NCBI RefSeq assembly: GCF_006345805.1
Contig: NW_021833574.1
Location: 1 to 64,000, forward strand
Source: Octopus sinensis
Taxonomy: Eukaryota
Direction of reading: 5' to 3'
DNA length: 64,000 bases
A program made the position numbers and the translations under genes. A model generated the notes under the pieces. That model did not search any database, had not been told where the DNA came from, and saw nothing but the letters and a program-made list of their open reading frames with translations. Positions 1 through 12,329 of the stretch are shown in pieces. Positions within the stretch are counted from its first letter, which is position 1. Each line of letters begins with the position of its first letter.

Positions 1-68
1 ATATATATATATATATATATAATATATATATATATATATTGTTATATTTCGGAATGGTCATATTGCAC

Positions 69-124
<56 letters not shown>

Positions 125-175
125 TATATATATATTTATATTTATTTATATATATATATATGTGTACATATATAT
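1..175. repeat. (TA)n microsatellite
   Basis: Interrupted TA dinucleotide runs. Confidence 0.9.
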
Positions 176-196
176 AGTTGAAATTTATAGAACATA

Positions 197-395
197 AAAC
201 AAAATACGAAGACAGGTGTATGAACAACAAGCAAGTTTATTAGTTTGACGCTCGGGAAAAATGAAAATGTCTTTTACGTTTCGAGGCTACGCTCTTTAGC
301 AGAATAAGAGGAAATAAATAGAGCGAGAATTTTAAAGAAAAACGTGTATAGTTCAGCGGTCCATGGCGAATGATACGCATATATTCTTCTTTTAT
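197..395 (-). mobile_element. Penelope-like terminal-repeat fragment with decayed hammerhead-like motif
   Basis: Homologous to 7630-7830 (shared tagtttgacgctcgggaaaaatg...gtcttttacgtttcgag). Minus strand reads GAGC-gtag-CCTC-GAAACGTA. Confidence 0.5.
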
Positions 396-399
396 TTCT

Positions 400-619
400 T
401 TTACTCTTTTACTTGTTTCAGTCATTTGACTGCGGCCATGCTGGAGCACCGCCTTTAGTCGAGCAAATCGACCCCGGCACTTTTTCTTTGTAAGCCCAGT
501 ACTTATTCTATCGGTCTCTTTTGCCGAACCGCTAAGTGACGGGGACGGAAACACACCAGCATCGGTTGTCAAGCAATGCTAGGGGAACAAACACAGACAC
601 ACGAAGATATACACACACA

Positions 620-654
<35 letters not shown>

Positions 655-824
655 CATATATACGACAGGCTTCTTTCAGTTTCCGTCTACCAAATCCACT
701 CACAAGGCTTGTCGTCGCCCGAGGCTATAGTAGAAGACACTTGCCCAAGTTGCCACGCAGTGGGACTGAACCCGGAACCATGTGGTTGGTAAACAAGCTA
801 CTTACCACACAGCGACTCTGCGCC
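400..824 (-). mobile_element. SINE family A (tRNA-type head, CORE-like ttgggcaagt, internal TA tract), full length
   Basis: Reverse complement of 50928-51346: head ggcgcagagtcgctgtgtgg, B-box ggttcagtccc, tail gactgaaacaagtaaaagag. Confidence 0.9.
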
Positions 825-924
825 TATATTATATTATATATTATATTATATATATATATATAATATATAATATATATATTATATATATATATATATTATA
901 TAAAGGAATATAAAGGAATATAAA

Positions 925-1190
925 ATATGGGAGAAGAACAAAAAACATCTAGACAGACGGTACAAAAAAGGGACAAGAAAAAACAAGGACGGGTCATTTG
1001 GAGTTTATTTTCCTCAGTCGAGTTCCAGATTATCTTTGCAATTTCGGCTGGTTATACTCGAGATTGCTCAAATCCGTCCAGCCCCAAGGGAAAACTAAGC
1101 TAAGTGCGCTAGATTCCTTGGAAGAAAGCAATGCATGTATACGAAATCAAGGACGGGCAAAAAACGGAGAAATGTGACAGAAATACAAAG
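925..1190. mobile_element. Unclassified dispersed repeat (family E), copy 1
   Basis: Reverse complement aligns to 19640-19880 (shared gccgaaattgcaaagata(a/g)tctggaactcgactgagga). Confidence 0.7.
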
Positions 1191-1233
1191 GCAAATAATA
1201 GGACTATAGATATATAGATATATGTGTGTGTAC

Positions 1234-1265
<32 letters not shown>

Positions 1266-1782
1266 GTTTGTGTGTGTGTATGTGTGTGTGTGTGCGCGCG
1301 CACGCGTGTGTGCGTATAACTATTGATAATAAAGACAGGAAAACACGCTCTAAATATACCTCGCTGATATATCAAGTTGAAGCATCACCAACGAAGAATG
1401 TGAGGTCCTTAGAAATCTATGAGCGCCATGTGGCTTATCTTATATCAAGGTGCGGAGACTGCCGTGACGCATAGCCTGAGCGTTGTGGTGCAATAAGATG
1501 TACCAAATAAAAGAGAGATTCCTATCCTTTGTTCAGAGTCGGGGTATCTTTGCAGGTGACCCACAATCTCAGCGTAATTTCTTCTGCACTGGCGAACGCG
1601 GGTTATTTCAAAACCTCCATGAAACAGTGTCAGCTGCTACAGATGTACTATCTGACCTTCGCCATTTCATACTGGCTGCCATATTGATAAAGAAGTGAGG
1701 AGGAGCAGGATGCGATGATGATGATGATGATGATGAGAGGATTAAAATGTAGAAGTAGAAACGGAAATACAACAACTCATAA

Positions 1783-1933
1783 GCGTGGCTCTGTGACAAG
1801 AAGATTAACTTCCAGCCACATGGTTCCAAGTTCAGTCCCACTGCCTGACATTTTGGGCAAGTATCTTCTACTATAATTCCGGGCCGACCAAACCCATGTG
1901 AGTAGATTTGGTAGACGGAAACTGAAAGAAGCC
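1783..1933 (+). mobile_element. SINE family A, 5' half
   Basis: cacatggttccaagttcagtcccactg...tttggtagacggaaactgaaagaagcc. Confidence 0.85.
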
Positions 1934-2088
1934 TTTAGGTATGTATTCCTCTATTTTTTTGTTACTAGTTGCAGCTCTAGAGCTGCGGCCATGTTGGGGC
2001 ACTGCCGTTTTGTTTATTAAACTTTCACTATTTGAAACCTCCGTACGTACGTACACCAGTTTTTATGTATATATGTATGTATATACAA

Positions 2089-2165
<77 letters not shown>

Positions 2166-2420
2166 ATATGTATATACACATCTGTGTGTGTATTCTCCGG
2201 AAGAAATGCTACTAAGAATTTTGTTCGACTTAATACCGATTCTACCAGCTCGGCACCTCAGAGATGGTAACCCATATTACCCACTGTCCTCGTTTGAGGA
2301 CAGTGTATTTGGTTTATTTACTGCAATAATGGTTAACTAGACGCTTCCGCATATTAACTATTTCCAAAATTTCGACAGGGTTAACCTGTATAAAAATGGG
2401 TTAATAAGGATTTCAAATGT

Positions 2421-3000
2421 TTGATACAAGTCCAGCAATTTCGTGAAAATGGATAAGTTGATTACATCGACTCCAATGCTCAACTCATACTTATTCTAAC
2501 GACCCTGAGAGGATGAAACTTTACCTTGGCGGAATTTGAACTCAGAACGTTGATACAGACGAAATGCCGCTAAGCAATTCGCTCGGCATGCTAACGATTC
2601 TGCCAGCTCGTCGCCTTAAAGATGTTAATAATCCTTTCCACTGAAAGGCCTGACATTTGGGGGAGGGTCCCAATCGATTAGATCGATCTCAGTGCGTAAC
2701 TGGTACTTAATTTATCGGCCTCGAGAGGGATGCAAGGCAAAGTCGATCTCGGCGAAATTTGAACTCAAAATGTAGCGACGGGCAAGATACCGCTCAGCAT
2801 TACGTCCAGCATGCTAACAGTCAAAGGGATTAAGTCGATTACATCGGCCTCAGTGCGTAACTGGTACGTATTTAATCGACCCCGAAAGGATGAATGGCAA
2901 AGCTGACCTCGGCGGAATTTGAACTGAGAACGTAACGGCAGACGAAATACGGCTACGCATTTCGCCCGGCGTGCTAACGATTCTGCCAGCTCGCCGCCTT
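2421..3000 (-). mobile_element. SINE family B, three tandem/nested copies
   Basis: Repeated gtcgacctcggcggaatttgaactcagaacg...ctgccagctcgccgcctt (reverse complement of the A-box/B-box head). Confidence 0.85.
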
Positions 3001-3828
3001 AACAGTTGTAAATAATGACAAGGTTTTCATTTCGAAACTCAAAATTAAAGCTAAAAAAAAAAAAATTATTATTATTTTATTTGAAAATTAGTGAAACACA
3101 GAAATAAATATTGAAGTTGATGTTTTGTTCCGGTAGAAAGTCTTTGGAGTAAATGACAAAGTGTAATAGAAGAGGACAGACGTAGAAGAGTAAAATTTGT
3201 CCATGACCTTTCTTGAACAAAAATAAATTAGAAGAGAATAAAATAAAATAAAACCACAACTGCGATTCACAAGATTAATTACTTGAACTTCCTGGTGGCG
3301 TTCACGAGTGAGGTCAGGTCAACCAGGAATTTAATTTAAAAATGAAGAAAAAAAGATGTAAAGAAAGAGAGTGAGTGAGGTAGAGAGAGAGAGAGGTGAT
3401 TAAACAATTGTCTCCAGACAACAACAACAACAAAGGAAAGAAAAACAAATAACAAAAAGAAATCAATACATTGCGCTGGTACATGTAGGAGTCATGGAAA
3501 CGACTATATCGGAAATCGAATCTACACAGGCCTAAATGCGCAGAAGTGCGAGGTCGTGACTACCTCGAAAATTAACCGATACAATGTGATGTGTGTTTGC
3601 AATTTGGCTGAAAGAGACAAAGCTGGCGGGGACGACGCATTTGAAAGTAGAGGCGAGTTCAATTCGAACGCAAAATATAAGACAAATAGAACTTCAATCC
3701 TCTGTTTTCAACGATCTTCTGTTGAGTTGCTGATTGGATCTTCTTCTGAGTTTAATGGCCACTAAGCCGATGAGAGGTAAATATTTTTGTGCACAGAGCA
3801 TCATAACAATGGCATATAACGCTCATCA

Positions 3829-3872
<44 letters not shown>

Positions 3873-3903
3873 TATATATATACATACATAATATATATAA
3901 TAT

Positions 3904-3940
<37 letters not shown>

Positions 3941-3942
<2 letters not shown>

Positions 3943-4126
3943 AGGCGCAATGGCCTAGTGGTTAGGCCAGCGGACTCGCGGTCGTAGGATCGCGGTTTCG
4001 ATTCCCAGACCGGGCGTTGTGAGTGTTTATTGAGCGAAAACACCTAAAGCTCCACGAGGCTCTGGTAGGGGATGGTGGTGATCCCTGCTGTACTCTTTCG
4101 CCACAACTTTCTCTCACTCTTTCTTC
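3941..4126 (+). mobile_element. SINE family C head and central module, 3'-truncated
   Basis: ggaggcgcaatggcctagtggttagg...ggtttcgattccc; near-identical to 46772 onward. Confidence 0.9.
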
Positions 4127-4148
4127 CGTTGGCCTGGTCGGTCACGGT

Positions 4149-4179
<31 letters not shown>

Positions 4180-4493
4180 GTAAGTGAATGAATTATCCTG
4201 GTATTGATAATTCGGTTAATCGATACCTGGGTAGCAAAATCACGTTAGAAAACATGGTTGTAGCTACATGCCAAGGGTAGAAACCCCGTATTCTTGTGTG
4301 GTAATTTGTGTATAATGCGCCCTTTATTCCTTCGGAATTAAGAATATGCAGTCTTAGAAACATATGTTGAAAGTAAAGGAATTTTGTTAAAATCTTCGTT
4401 CGACTCCATTCTTCCATTTATTCATTTAATATATATATATATTATATATATATATATATATATTATATATAATATATATATATATATATATAT

Positions 4494-4927
4494 GCAGTTC
4501 TGCCTGCAATGTATATGATAGTGAAACATGGGCTACACAAAGAGAGAAGAGCAAAGACTGGTAACGGCTCAAAGAGCCATGGAAAGGTCAATGCTTGGTA
4601 TCTCATTGAGAGGGCACATAAATAGCAACATCATCAGAAAGAAGTCCGGCGTGAGAGATGTCATCGCAGAGTATACTCGCAGCAAGTATAGATGGGCTGG
4701 ACACGTCACCCGGCTCACCGATAATCGGTGGACGCAACAGTTGTTGAGTGGTACCCGCGTGAGCGGAAAAGACCACCCGGAAGACCTCCACGACGGTGGA
4801 GTGACGGTTTCAAGAGGACGATTGGGATCACGTGGATGAGAAAGGCGCGATCCAGAGAGGAGTGGACAGCGTGCTGTGACCAGCGGTGTCAAATGGACGC
4901 CTGACGGACTGGTCGGTCAAAGTGATA
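4494..4927 (+). mobile_element. RTE-clade LINE, 5'-truncated 3' end (frameshifted)
   Basis: RLVTAQRAMERSMLGISL...YRWAGHVTRLTDNRW, then in shifted frames EWYPRERKRPPGRP...W; typical RTE post-RT region. Confidence 0.85.
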
Positions 4928-4969
4928 TATATATATAAATCAAAATAAGCAACAAGATATCCAGAGGTA

Positions 4970-5057
4970 ATGCAGTACGATTGTTTCAAGCGACTCCATT
5001 TAATTGAACAATGCAACCATTAAATCAATTTAAATGCAGGGCAATCCTCAGTTGCAT
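4970..5057 (-). ncRNA. Decayed type-I hammerhead ribozyme motif with long helix II
   Basis: CTGAGGA (5051-5045), GAAA (4987-4984), helix III AC-aatc-GT, triplet GTA, helix I atgca/tgcat. Confidence 0.45.
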
Positions 5058-5188
5058 AAATCCATACATGCGTACATACATACGTATATATATATGCATA
5101 CATACATACATACATACATATACATATATATATATATATGTGTGTGTGTGTGTATGGCGTATGTACACTTTGGTCTCCTATATGTAAG

Positions 5189-5224
<36 letters not shown>

Positions 5225-5569
5225 ATGAAACGTCATCATTTAGCCTGGTCCTTTACTCAACACCTGCACATGTAAAGCAATAATTCCTTACAATCCACTA
5301 AGACTAACCACTAAGCCACGCGCGTTCACAGGTTCATCATGTTATGATGTTGAGAAAAATACAAACTAAATTTCTTTCTCTATGCTGTTAATTCCTTTTA
5401 CTCAAGTTCAAATCTCAGTAAGGTCAACATCACCTATTATCTTTCCGGAGTTAATAAATGAAGTACCAGTTAAATTCTGGGGTAGAATCATTTGATTAGA
5501 TACTATCTCTAAAACTTATAGACTGAGAGAACCCTTCGATAAAGCACATTGCAAGATGTAGTTATGTCT

Positions 5570-5780
5570 AAGGCGGTGAGCTGGCAGAATCGATAGCACG
5601 CCGGACAAAATGCTTAGCGGTATATCATCCGCCTTTATGTTCTGAGTTCAAGTTCACCTAGGTCCACTTTGTATTTGATCCTTTCTAGGTCGATAAAATA
5701 AGTACCAGTTGAACGCTGGGGTCGATGTCATCGACATATACGCTGACCTGGAATTGCTGGCTTTGTGCCAAAATTTGAAA
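5570..5780 (+). mobile_element. SINE family B
   Basis: aaggcggtgagctggcagaatcgatagcacgccgg...ttctgagttcaa. Confidence 0.85.
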
Positions 5781-5810
5781 CCAATATTTTAGTTGCAGAT
5801 CTTATGTTCT

Positions 5811-6043
5811 TATTTCTTTATTGCCCACAAAGGGCAACACACAGAGGGGACAAACAACAACGGACAAATGGATTAAGTCGATTATATCGACCTCAATGCG
5901 TAACTGGTACGTATTTAATCGACCCCGAAAGGATGAAAGGCAAAGTCGACCTCTGCGGAATTTGAACTCAGAACGTAAAGACAGACGAAATACTTCTAAG
6001 CATTTCGCCCGGCGTGCTAACGTTTCTCCCAGCTCGCTGCCTT
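5811..6043 (-). mobile_element. SINE family B (short-tail type)
   Basis: tatttctttattgcccacaagggc...gaatttgaactcagaacg. Confidence 0.9.
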
Positions 6044-6171
6044 AGCAGCTCTTATGTTCTGAGCGTATTTTCTACCGAAGTTAATTTTTGGCTATTGTTG
6101 CTTTAGGATCAATGAAATTAAGCATGGTTAATTACTGGTATCAGTCTGAACTGAGATCGTAGAGAGCAGGA

Positions 6172-6437
6172 AGGATGGCTGAGTGGCGTGAACTTTGCAT
6201 CCCAGCTACATGGTTTCCGGTTCACTTCTGCTGCGTGACACTTTAGATAAGTATTTGTTAGTATATCGTGGGCCGACCAAAGACTTGTGAGTAGATGTGG
6301 TAGACGGAAACTGAAAAAAGTCTATCTTGTTCCTGTGTGTATACATATATGCATGTGTGTGTGTGTGTGTATATATATATATGTGTGCATGCGACTTTAT
6401 CTCTGTGTGTGTCACCACTGCTAGACAACCGATGCTG
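6172..6437 (+). mobile_element. SINE family A, diverged and 3'-truncated
   Basis: catggtttccggttcac...gggccgaccaaagacttgtgag...gacaaccgatgctgg. Confidence 0.8.
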
Positions 6438-6905
6438 GATTCTTTATATATATGTGTGTGTGTGTGTGAGTGTGTATGTATGTATGTATGTATGTATGTA
6501 TAAACCCAATAATGTTCAATGTAATGCCTCTGAGGTGAAAACTTGTGTTAATCGCCATGTCAGAATGTCAACGTGGTAATTAATTATTAAAACTAGTTCA
6601 TTATTAAAAACCAATTTAAATAACAACAGCAAGAAAACAATCTGAATCTAACGCAATCCGACGAACGAAGCAAAACGATTGGAAACTTCAAAGGAGACGA
6701 AATCAAAGTCGAAGAACGGGGTGGGCGAGTGGGGGGGGACATAATTAAACAGCACCAGCAGCATTTGCAGCAGCCATAGCAGTAGGGGAAGGATCAGCAA
6801 CAGCAGCAGCAGAAATAATAACAAATGGGACCTATATCAGTAGCAGTATGGCAATGATAACAATCCTTTTCACTACCACAACTATAACCAACTAGCAGCA
6901 GCAGC

Positions 6906-6946
<41 letters not shown>

Positions 6947-7136
6947 CAGCAGCAGTTGTTGTTATTGTTGTTGTTGTTGTTGAATGTAATGGCGTTTGAA
7001 TTTAATGGCGTAGTTCGATAAAGACGATTCTGCAATTTGTTTCGCAGATCATTCGTTTCTAGTGATGAAATGTCTGTGTTGTACATTAAGCTCATCCCCT
7101 CCATTAAATTGACATTGCCAATTACAGGTACACGGT

Positions 7137-7195
<59 letters not shown>

Positions 7196-7239
7196 CGTAT
7201 ATGTTTCAGCCCTGAGGCTGTGGCCAGTGTAATAACCTT

Positions 7240-7455
7240 TTTAATTGGCCAATTCTATGAGATTAGCTTTTGGTGAAGGAGGGAGTTCGATACCCCTACC
7301 TTCTTTTGAGTCTCCTGTCTTGATATTGGTTCATCTGGGTTCTTGGATAGCAATAGGTCAAGTTGTTTCAAGAAAACATCTACCCCCACCCCATGGAAAG
7401 CCCTTAGATGTTTTGGTAATGAGTTATATAGCTGTGAGCCATTGAATTCCAAACT
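7240..7455 (-). mobile_element. CR1-type LINE, extreme C-terminal fragment
   Basis: GSQLYNSLPKHLRAFHGVGVDVFLKQLDLLLSKNPDEP matches GPQLFNILPKSMRNLHKVDVAVFKSKL at 45320-45385. Confidence 0.75.
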
Positions 7456-7456
7456 A

Positions 7457-7612
<156 letters not shown>

Positions 7613-7629
7613 TATATAGTCCAAATTTA

Positions 7630-7830
7630 TAGAGAAACAAAGACGAAGGCAAGTGTAGGGATAACAAAGAAGTGTATTAGTTTGACGCTCGGGAAAAATG
7701 GAAAAGTCTTTTACGTTTCGAGCCAACGCTCTTCGACAGGAACGAATAAGAGGAAATAAATGGAAACACAATGAAAAATAACCTGTTGAGTTCAGTGGTC
7801 CAACATGGCGATAGATATATATATGTTGTC
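7630..7830 (-). mobile_element. Penelope-like terminal-repeat fragment with hammerhead-like motif
   Basis: Minus strand CTGTCGA-A-GAGC-gttg-GCTC-GAAA-CGTA (7739-7712); second copy at 197-395. Confidence 0.55.
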
Positions 7831-8139
7831 TTACCGTTAAAGGGGAGAGATACACGCGCAAATATATAGGAACACACGTCCTTTTATTAATCGTGCACAC
7901 ACTCTCTTCCTGCTTTTCTCTCTCTCCCTCTCTCTCTCCCTCTCTGTCACTTCTCTCTGTGAGTATACGTGTGTGTGTGTGTGTGTGCGTGTGTGCGTGT
8001 GTGTGTGTGAGTGAGTATGTTCGTATGTATGTACACGTATTAGGTACATGTACACACATATAATGTATGCGCACATACATATATATATTTAGAGAAAAAT
8101 AGAGAGAGAGAGAAGGAGACAGGGAGAGAGAGAGAGGGT

Positions 8140-8177
<38 letters not shown>

Positions 8178-8469
8178 AGAGAGTACGTCAATGATGTTAA
8201 GTTATTAAGTTCAGTATTTCTGGCCTTATTTGAACCCTGATTTTGTAGTTCGTCTCACTGCACAACATATTAACTTTACATTAATAATGTCAGCTGGCAA
8301 AAGTCTGATACGAAACGAACAGAGTGCTGTCTCTTTGCCTGCGTGCCTGTCTGCCTGTCTCTCTGCCTGAGTCTCTCTCTACTCCTTTCCCTCTCTCTCT
8401 CACTCACTCACTTTCTTTCTCTCTTGCTTTTTCTCCCTCTTTGCCAGAGCCAAATATATCAATTTAGAA

Positions 8470-8860
8470 AAGGCGGCGAGCTGGCAGAAACGTTAGCACG
8501 CCGGGTGAAACGCTTAGCAGTATTTCGTCTGCCCCTACGTTCTGAGTTCAAATTCCACCGAGGTCAACTTTACCTTTCATCCTTTCAGGGTCGATTAAAT
8601 AAGTAATCGACTTAATCCGTTTGTCTGTCCTTGTTTGTCCCCTCCCTATGTTTAGCCCCTTGTGGGTAGTAAAGAAATAGGTATTTCGTCTGCTGCTACT
8701 TTCTGAGTTCAAATTCCGCCGAGGTAAACTTTGCCTTTCATCCTTTCGGGGTCGATAAATTAAGTACCAGTTAGGCACGGGGGTTGATATAATCGACTTA
8801 ATCCGTTTGTCTGTCCCTGTTTGTCCCCTCTCTGTTTAGCCCTTTGTGGGCAATAAAAAA
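8470..8860 (+). mobile_element. SINE family B head-to-tail dimer
   Basis: Full copy joined via aaagaaata|ggtatttcg to a 5'-truncated copy. Confidence 0.9.
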
Positions 8861-8909
8861 ATTGAAAATAAAAAAAATAAAAATATATAATTTTATACTT
8901 TATGGACGT

Positions 8910-9185
8910 GAGCGTTGCTGTGCGATAAACAATTTGCTTCTCAAACATATGGTTCCGGGTTCAACCCCACTGTGTAACACGTTGGGCAAATGTCTTCTGT
9001 GGTGTTTGGGGCCGACTAAAATATTCCGAGTAGATTTATTAGACGGAAACTGAAAGAAAACCGTCGTCTATATGTATGTGTCTTAGTGTTTCACTTCGCT
9101 TCCATCACTACTTGACAACCGGTGTTTACTTTTTTGTAGCTTAACATTTCAGCAAAAGAGAACGATAGGGTTAGTATCAGGCCTT
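8910..9185 (+). mobile_element. SINE family A, diverged
   Basis: catatggttccgggttcaacccc...ttgggcaaatgtcttc...gacggaaactgaaaga. Confidence 0.8.
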
Positions 9186-9966
9186 TGAATATATATGTAT
9201 ACATACATTAGTTACTCAGAAATCAGGATGGTTGTACATTTACAGATTTTTATTAATATGTCACATGTTTTTATAAATCATATATATCGCTTGCATCTAC
9301 TCTTGCAGATTCTTCAGATTTGAATTTGTTTGAGAGAATTCGTCTCTTTTTATAGTATTATTGAGTGTGTAGGGGTGGAGAGAGATATAGGATAGTAAAA
9401 GAGGGTGAGGAATGGGGAGAAAGTGAGAGAGAGAGAGTGTGTGGGTGTGTCACCTCCAAACCTTCTAATATATATATATATGTTCAGCGGTGCCGCTGCT
9501 TGGTAGCTGTCTAATCACTGAAACAAGTCAAAAGTGGGTGAAACAAGATATATTTAGCCGCTTCACCCAACATTCGGATGAAATCTCACGTAGCATGGGC
9601 TTCCGGGATCAGAAACTGAGCTGATGCGCAATATATACAACAATAACAACAACAACATACATGGCAACGACGCCAATAACTACGGATATCACACCTGAAG
9701 ACCTTTCGCACAATAACACTCGAATCCATAGTCCGTTCCTATGGAAAACCATTGTATAACACAGCTTAAATGCAAACGTGTCTCCAGTTTAAATATGCTT
9801 GAGGTATATTCGAAATGGTAAGGAAGCTATTCACTGTATTTTATGGTGAAGAAATGTTCTCGCTGTAGACACACAGCGGCAGCTCAAGGTTTCTCCTAAC
9901 CAGACTCTGTGAGAGGCGTAGCCGTGTGATAAGAAGCTTGCTTCTTAAAGCGGCCCGACTTTAACA

Positions 9967-10190
9967 GGTGAGCTGGCAGAAATGTTAGCACGCCGGGCGA
10001 AATGCTTAGCCGTATTTCGTCTGCCGCTACGTTCTGAGTTCAAATTCAGCCGAGGTCGACTTTGCCTTTCATCCTTTCGGGGTCGATAAATTAAGTACCA
10101 GTTACGCACTGGGGTCGATATAATCGATTTAATCCCTCTGTCTGTCCTTGTTTGTCCCCTCTACGTTTAGCCCCTTGTGGGCAATAAAAA
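9967..10190 (+). mobile_element. SINE family B (short-tail type)
   Basis: Near-consensus copy ending tttagccccttgtgggcaataaaaaa. Confidence 0.9.
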
Positions 10191-10470
10191 AGTCCAGGTG
10201 CTTGAATGAGGCGAGGAGCCTGGTCGAGCATGAAAGTTCAAAATAAAGGTAAGAGGCTTAGTGTCTCATTTTTGTTATTGAATTGTGAAAAATGCAAGAG
10301 GTTCGTTGCCTCGTGAATATAAAAGACCAATGTTCTCGGGTAAGCAGCAATGGGCGGGCGTTGCCCTCATTTATCATCATTTTCATTTGCCATTTCATAT
10401 AACAGTATGTCTATGTCCAGCTCGCAGCTTCCCTTCTATGTAAGGCCTTTTATGGTCAATATAATGAATA

Positions 10471-10827
10471 AAGAAGCCTGCTTCCCAGCCACATGGGTCC
10501 TGGTTCAGTCTCACTGCGTGGCACCTTAGGCAAGTGTCTTCTGCTACAGCCTTGGGTCGACCAAATCCTTGTGAGTAGATTTTGTAGATGGAAACTGAAA
10601 GAAGCCCGTCGTATAAATATCTGTGTATATATTCGTGTGTGTTCCCCCCACCCACCATCGTTTGACAACCGATGCTGGTGTGTTTACATCCCCGTAACGT
10701 CGTGTTTCGGTCAAAGAGATGTTTACAACAAGTGCTAGGTTTATAAAGAATAAGACCTGGGTGTTGATTTCTTCGACTAAAGGCAGTGCTCCAACATGGC
10801 CGCAGTCAAATGACTGAAACAAGTAAA
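10471..10827 (+). mobile_element. SINE family A
   Basis: Head, CORE-like block, internal TA/TG slot and tail aaatgactgaaacaagtaaa. Confidence 0.9.
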
Positions 10828-11705
10828 CGCAAAATTAAAAGTATGCATGCAGTTCGGAGTTGTTATATTCTCTTCGGCTGCAGAGACCGTAAAGAGAGAC
10901 GCTGCGAACTGACCAGAGACACAGGTCCCTCCTTATGATATTTCCGTCATCGTTCAATGATTGGTTGCGGTATTCGGTGACTCACCGTAAATAAAATACG
11001 CGACGAAAACGCTAAGCAGTGGTGAATATAAACACAAGGTTATTTCCACTTGGAATATGTTTGGGGCATATTCGGATCCGTTCGAATGACTTTCATTGTA
11101 TTTTGTTACGGAGAAAACTTTTTTAAAATTTAGACAAGTAGGTGTAAAGGCAACTAGTCAGCTTACAGTTAAAATATCCTATGTCTCAGACAAAATACTG
11201 GATGGTGAAGGCTGGAAAGAATACCGGAATACTAAAAGAGCTGGGTCGGCTCTTTTAAGTCTGACCTGGGGGTTTCACAATAAATATCTGTGAACACAAA
11301 TTAATAAAACAGATGAACAGATTTTATCATATAACAACAAATGTTTCATTCAAAAATTTGTGACCCAACGTCATACACGTAGGCATGTAGAGAGTGCAAT
11401 ATTTATTAGATTATGCAACGCGTTACATAGAATCTCTCAACTCTTTGGGTTATACCATAATTAAATTAGTTAAATAATGGTATGCAGCCATGTTGAAGTG
11501 CATCACAAGTGTCTATCAAAAGATAATATATAGCTTCCACTGAGTATCTTAGCGCTTGTTTCTGTTATCGCTGTTGTTGATTTTTAACCTCAGTTCAGCT
11601 TCGATCGGGCAGAGCTCTATGAACCAAATATATTCCATTTATAATCACACACATTTAATTTTCTATTCTAGTCATAGTGTATCTAGGACTATATTCACTG
11701 AAGTG

Positions 11706-12026
11706 TGAAGGCGCGTGGCTTAGTGGTTAGGGTATTCGACTCACGATTGTAAGGTCGTGAGTTCGATTCCTGGCGATGCATTGTTTCCTTGAGCAAGACA
11801 CTTTATTTCTCATTGCTCCAGTCCACTCAGCTGGCAAAAGTGAGTTGTACCTGTATTTCAAAGGGCCAGCCTTGTCACACTCTGTGTCACACTGAATCTC
11901 CCTGAGAACTACGTTAAGGGTACACGAGTCTGCGGAGTGCTCACCACTTGCACGTTAATTTCACGAGCAAGTTGTTCTGTTGATCGTATCAGCTGGGACC
12001 CGCCTCGTCGTAACCGACGGAGTACT
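11706..12026 (+). mobile_element. SINE with D-type head/centre and X-type tail
   Basis: tgaaggcgcgtggcttagtggttagg...ccttgagcaagacactt...ctccagtccactcagctg, then the tail shared with 46772-47157 (gtacctgtatttcaaagggcc...gtaaccgacggagt). Confidence 0.85.
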
Positions 12027-12329
12027 CCTAACGGGAGTGTTCTTTTTTAGTAACAGGTTTTATTCATGATGTTGCTTGTAGTTGCTATGACGGATGCGGT
12101 GATGGTAATGGCGGTGGTGGTGGTGGTAGTGGTGGTGGTGGCGGTGATGTTGAGATTTAATCTCAGGTTTGTTCTAATCCAGCGCGCCTATGTTTAAATG
12201 TGTTGTCCATTCGCGTCTCTCTGTCAGTGGTTAAAACATCGACCCAGTTTAAGACAGTAAGTTATTTAGTGAAGCCATTTGGTGGTTATTTCCAGCAAGT
12301 CGAGTCACTGTAGAACAGAGATAAGGAAT

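Noticed and set aside
6657-6700. CCGACGA...GAAACTTCAAAG hammerhead-like string
   Set aside because: Helix I is absent and the A15.1-U16.1 pair is missing. Similar weak strings at 9270-9320 and 49006-49045 were also not counted.
9788-9817. 30-nt micro-exon (AG...GTAAGG), plus other GTAAG donors at 10249, 10340 and 29285
   Set aside because: Weak pyrimidine tract, and dozens of such donors are expected by chance in 64 kb.
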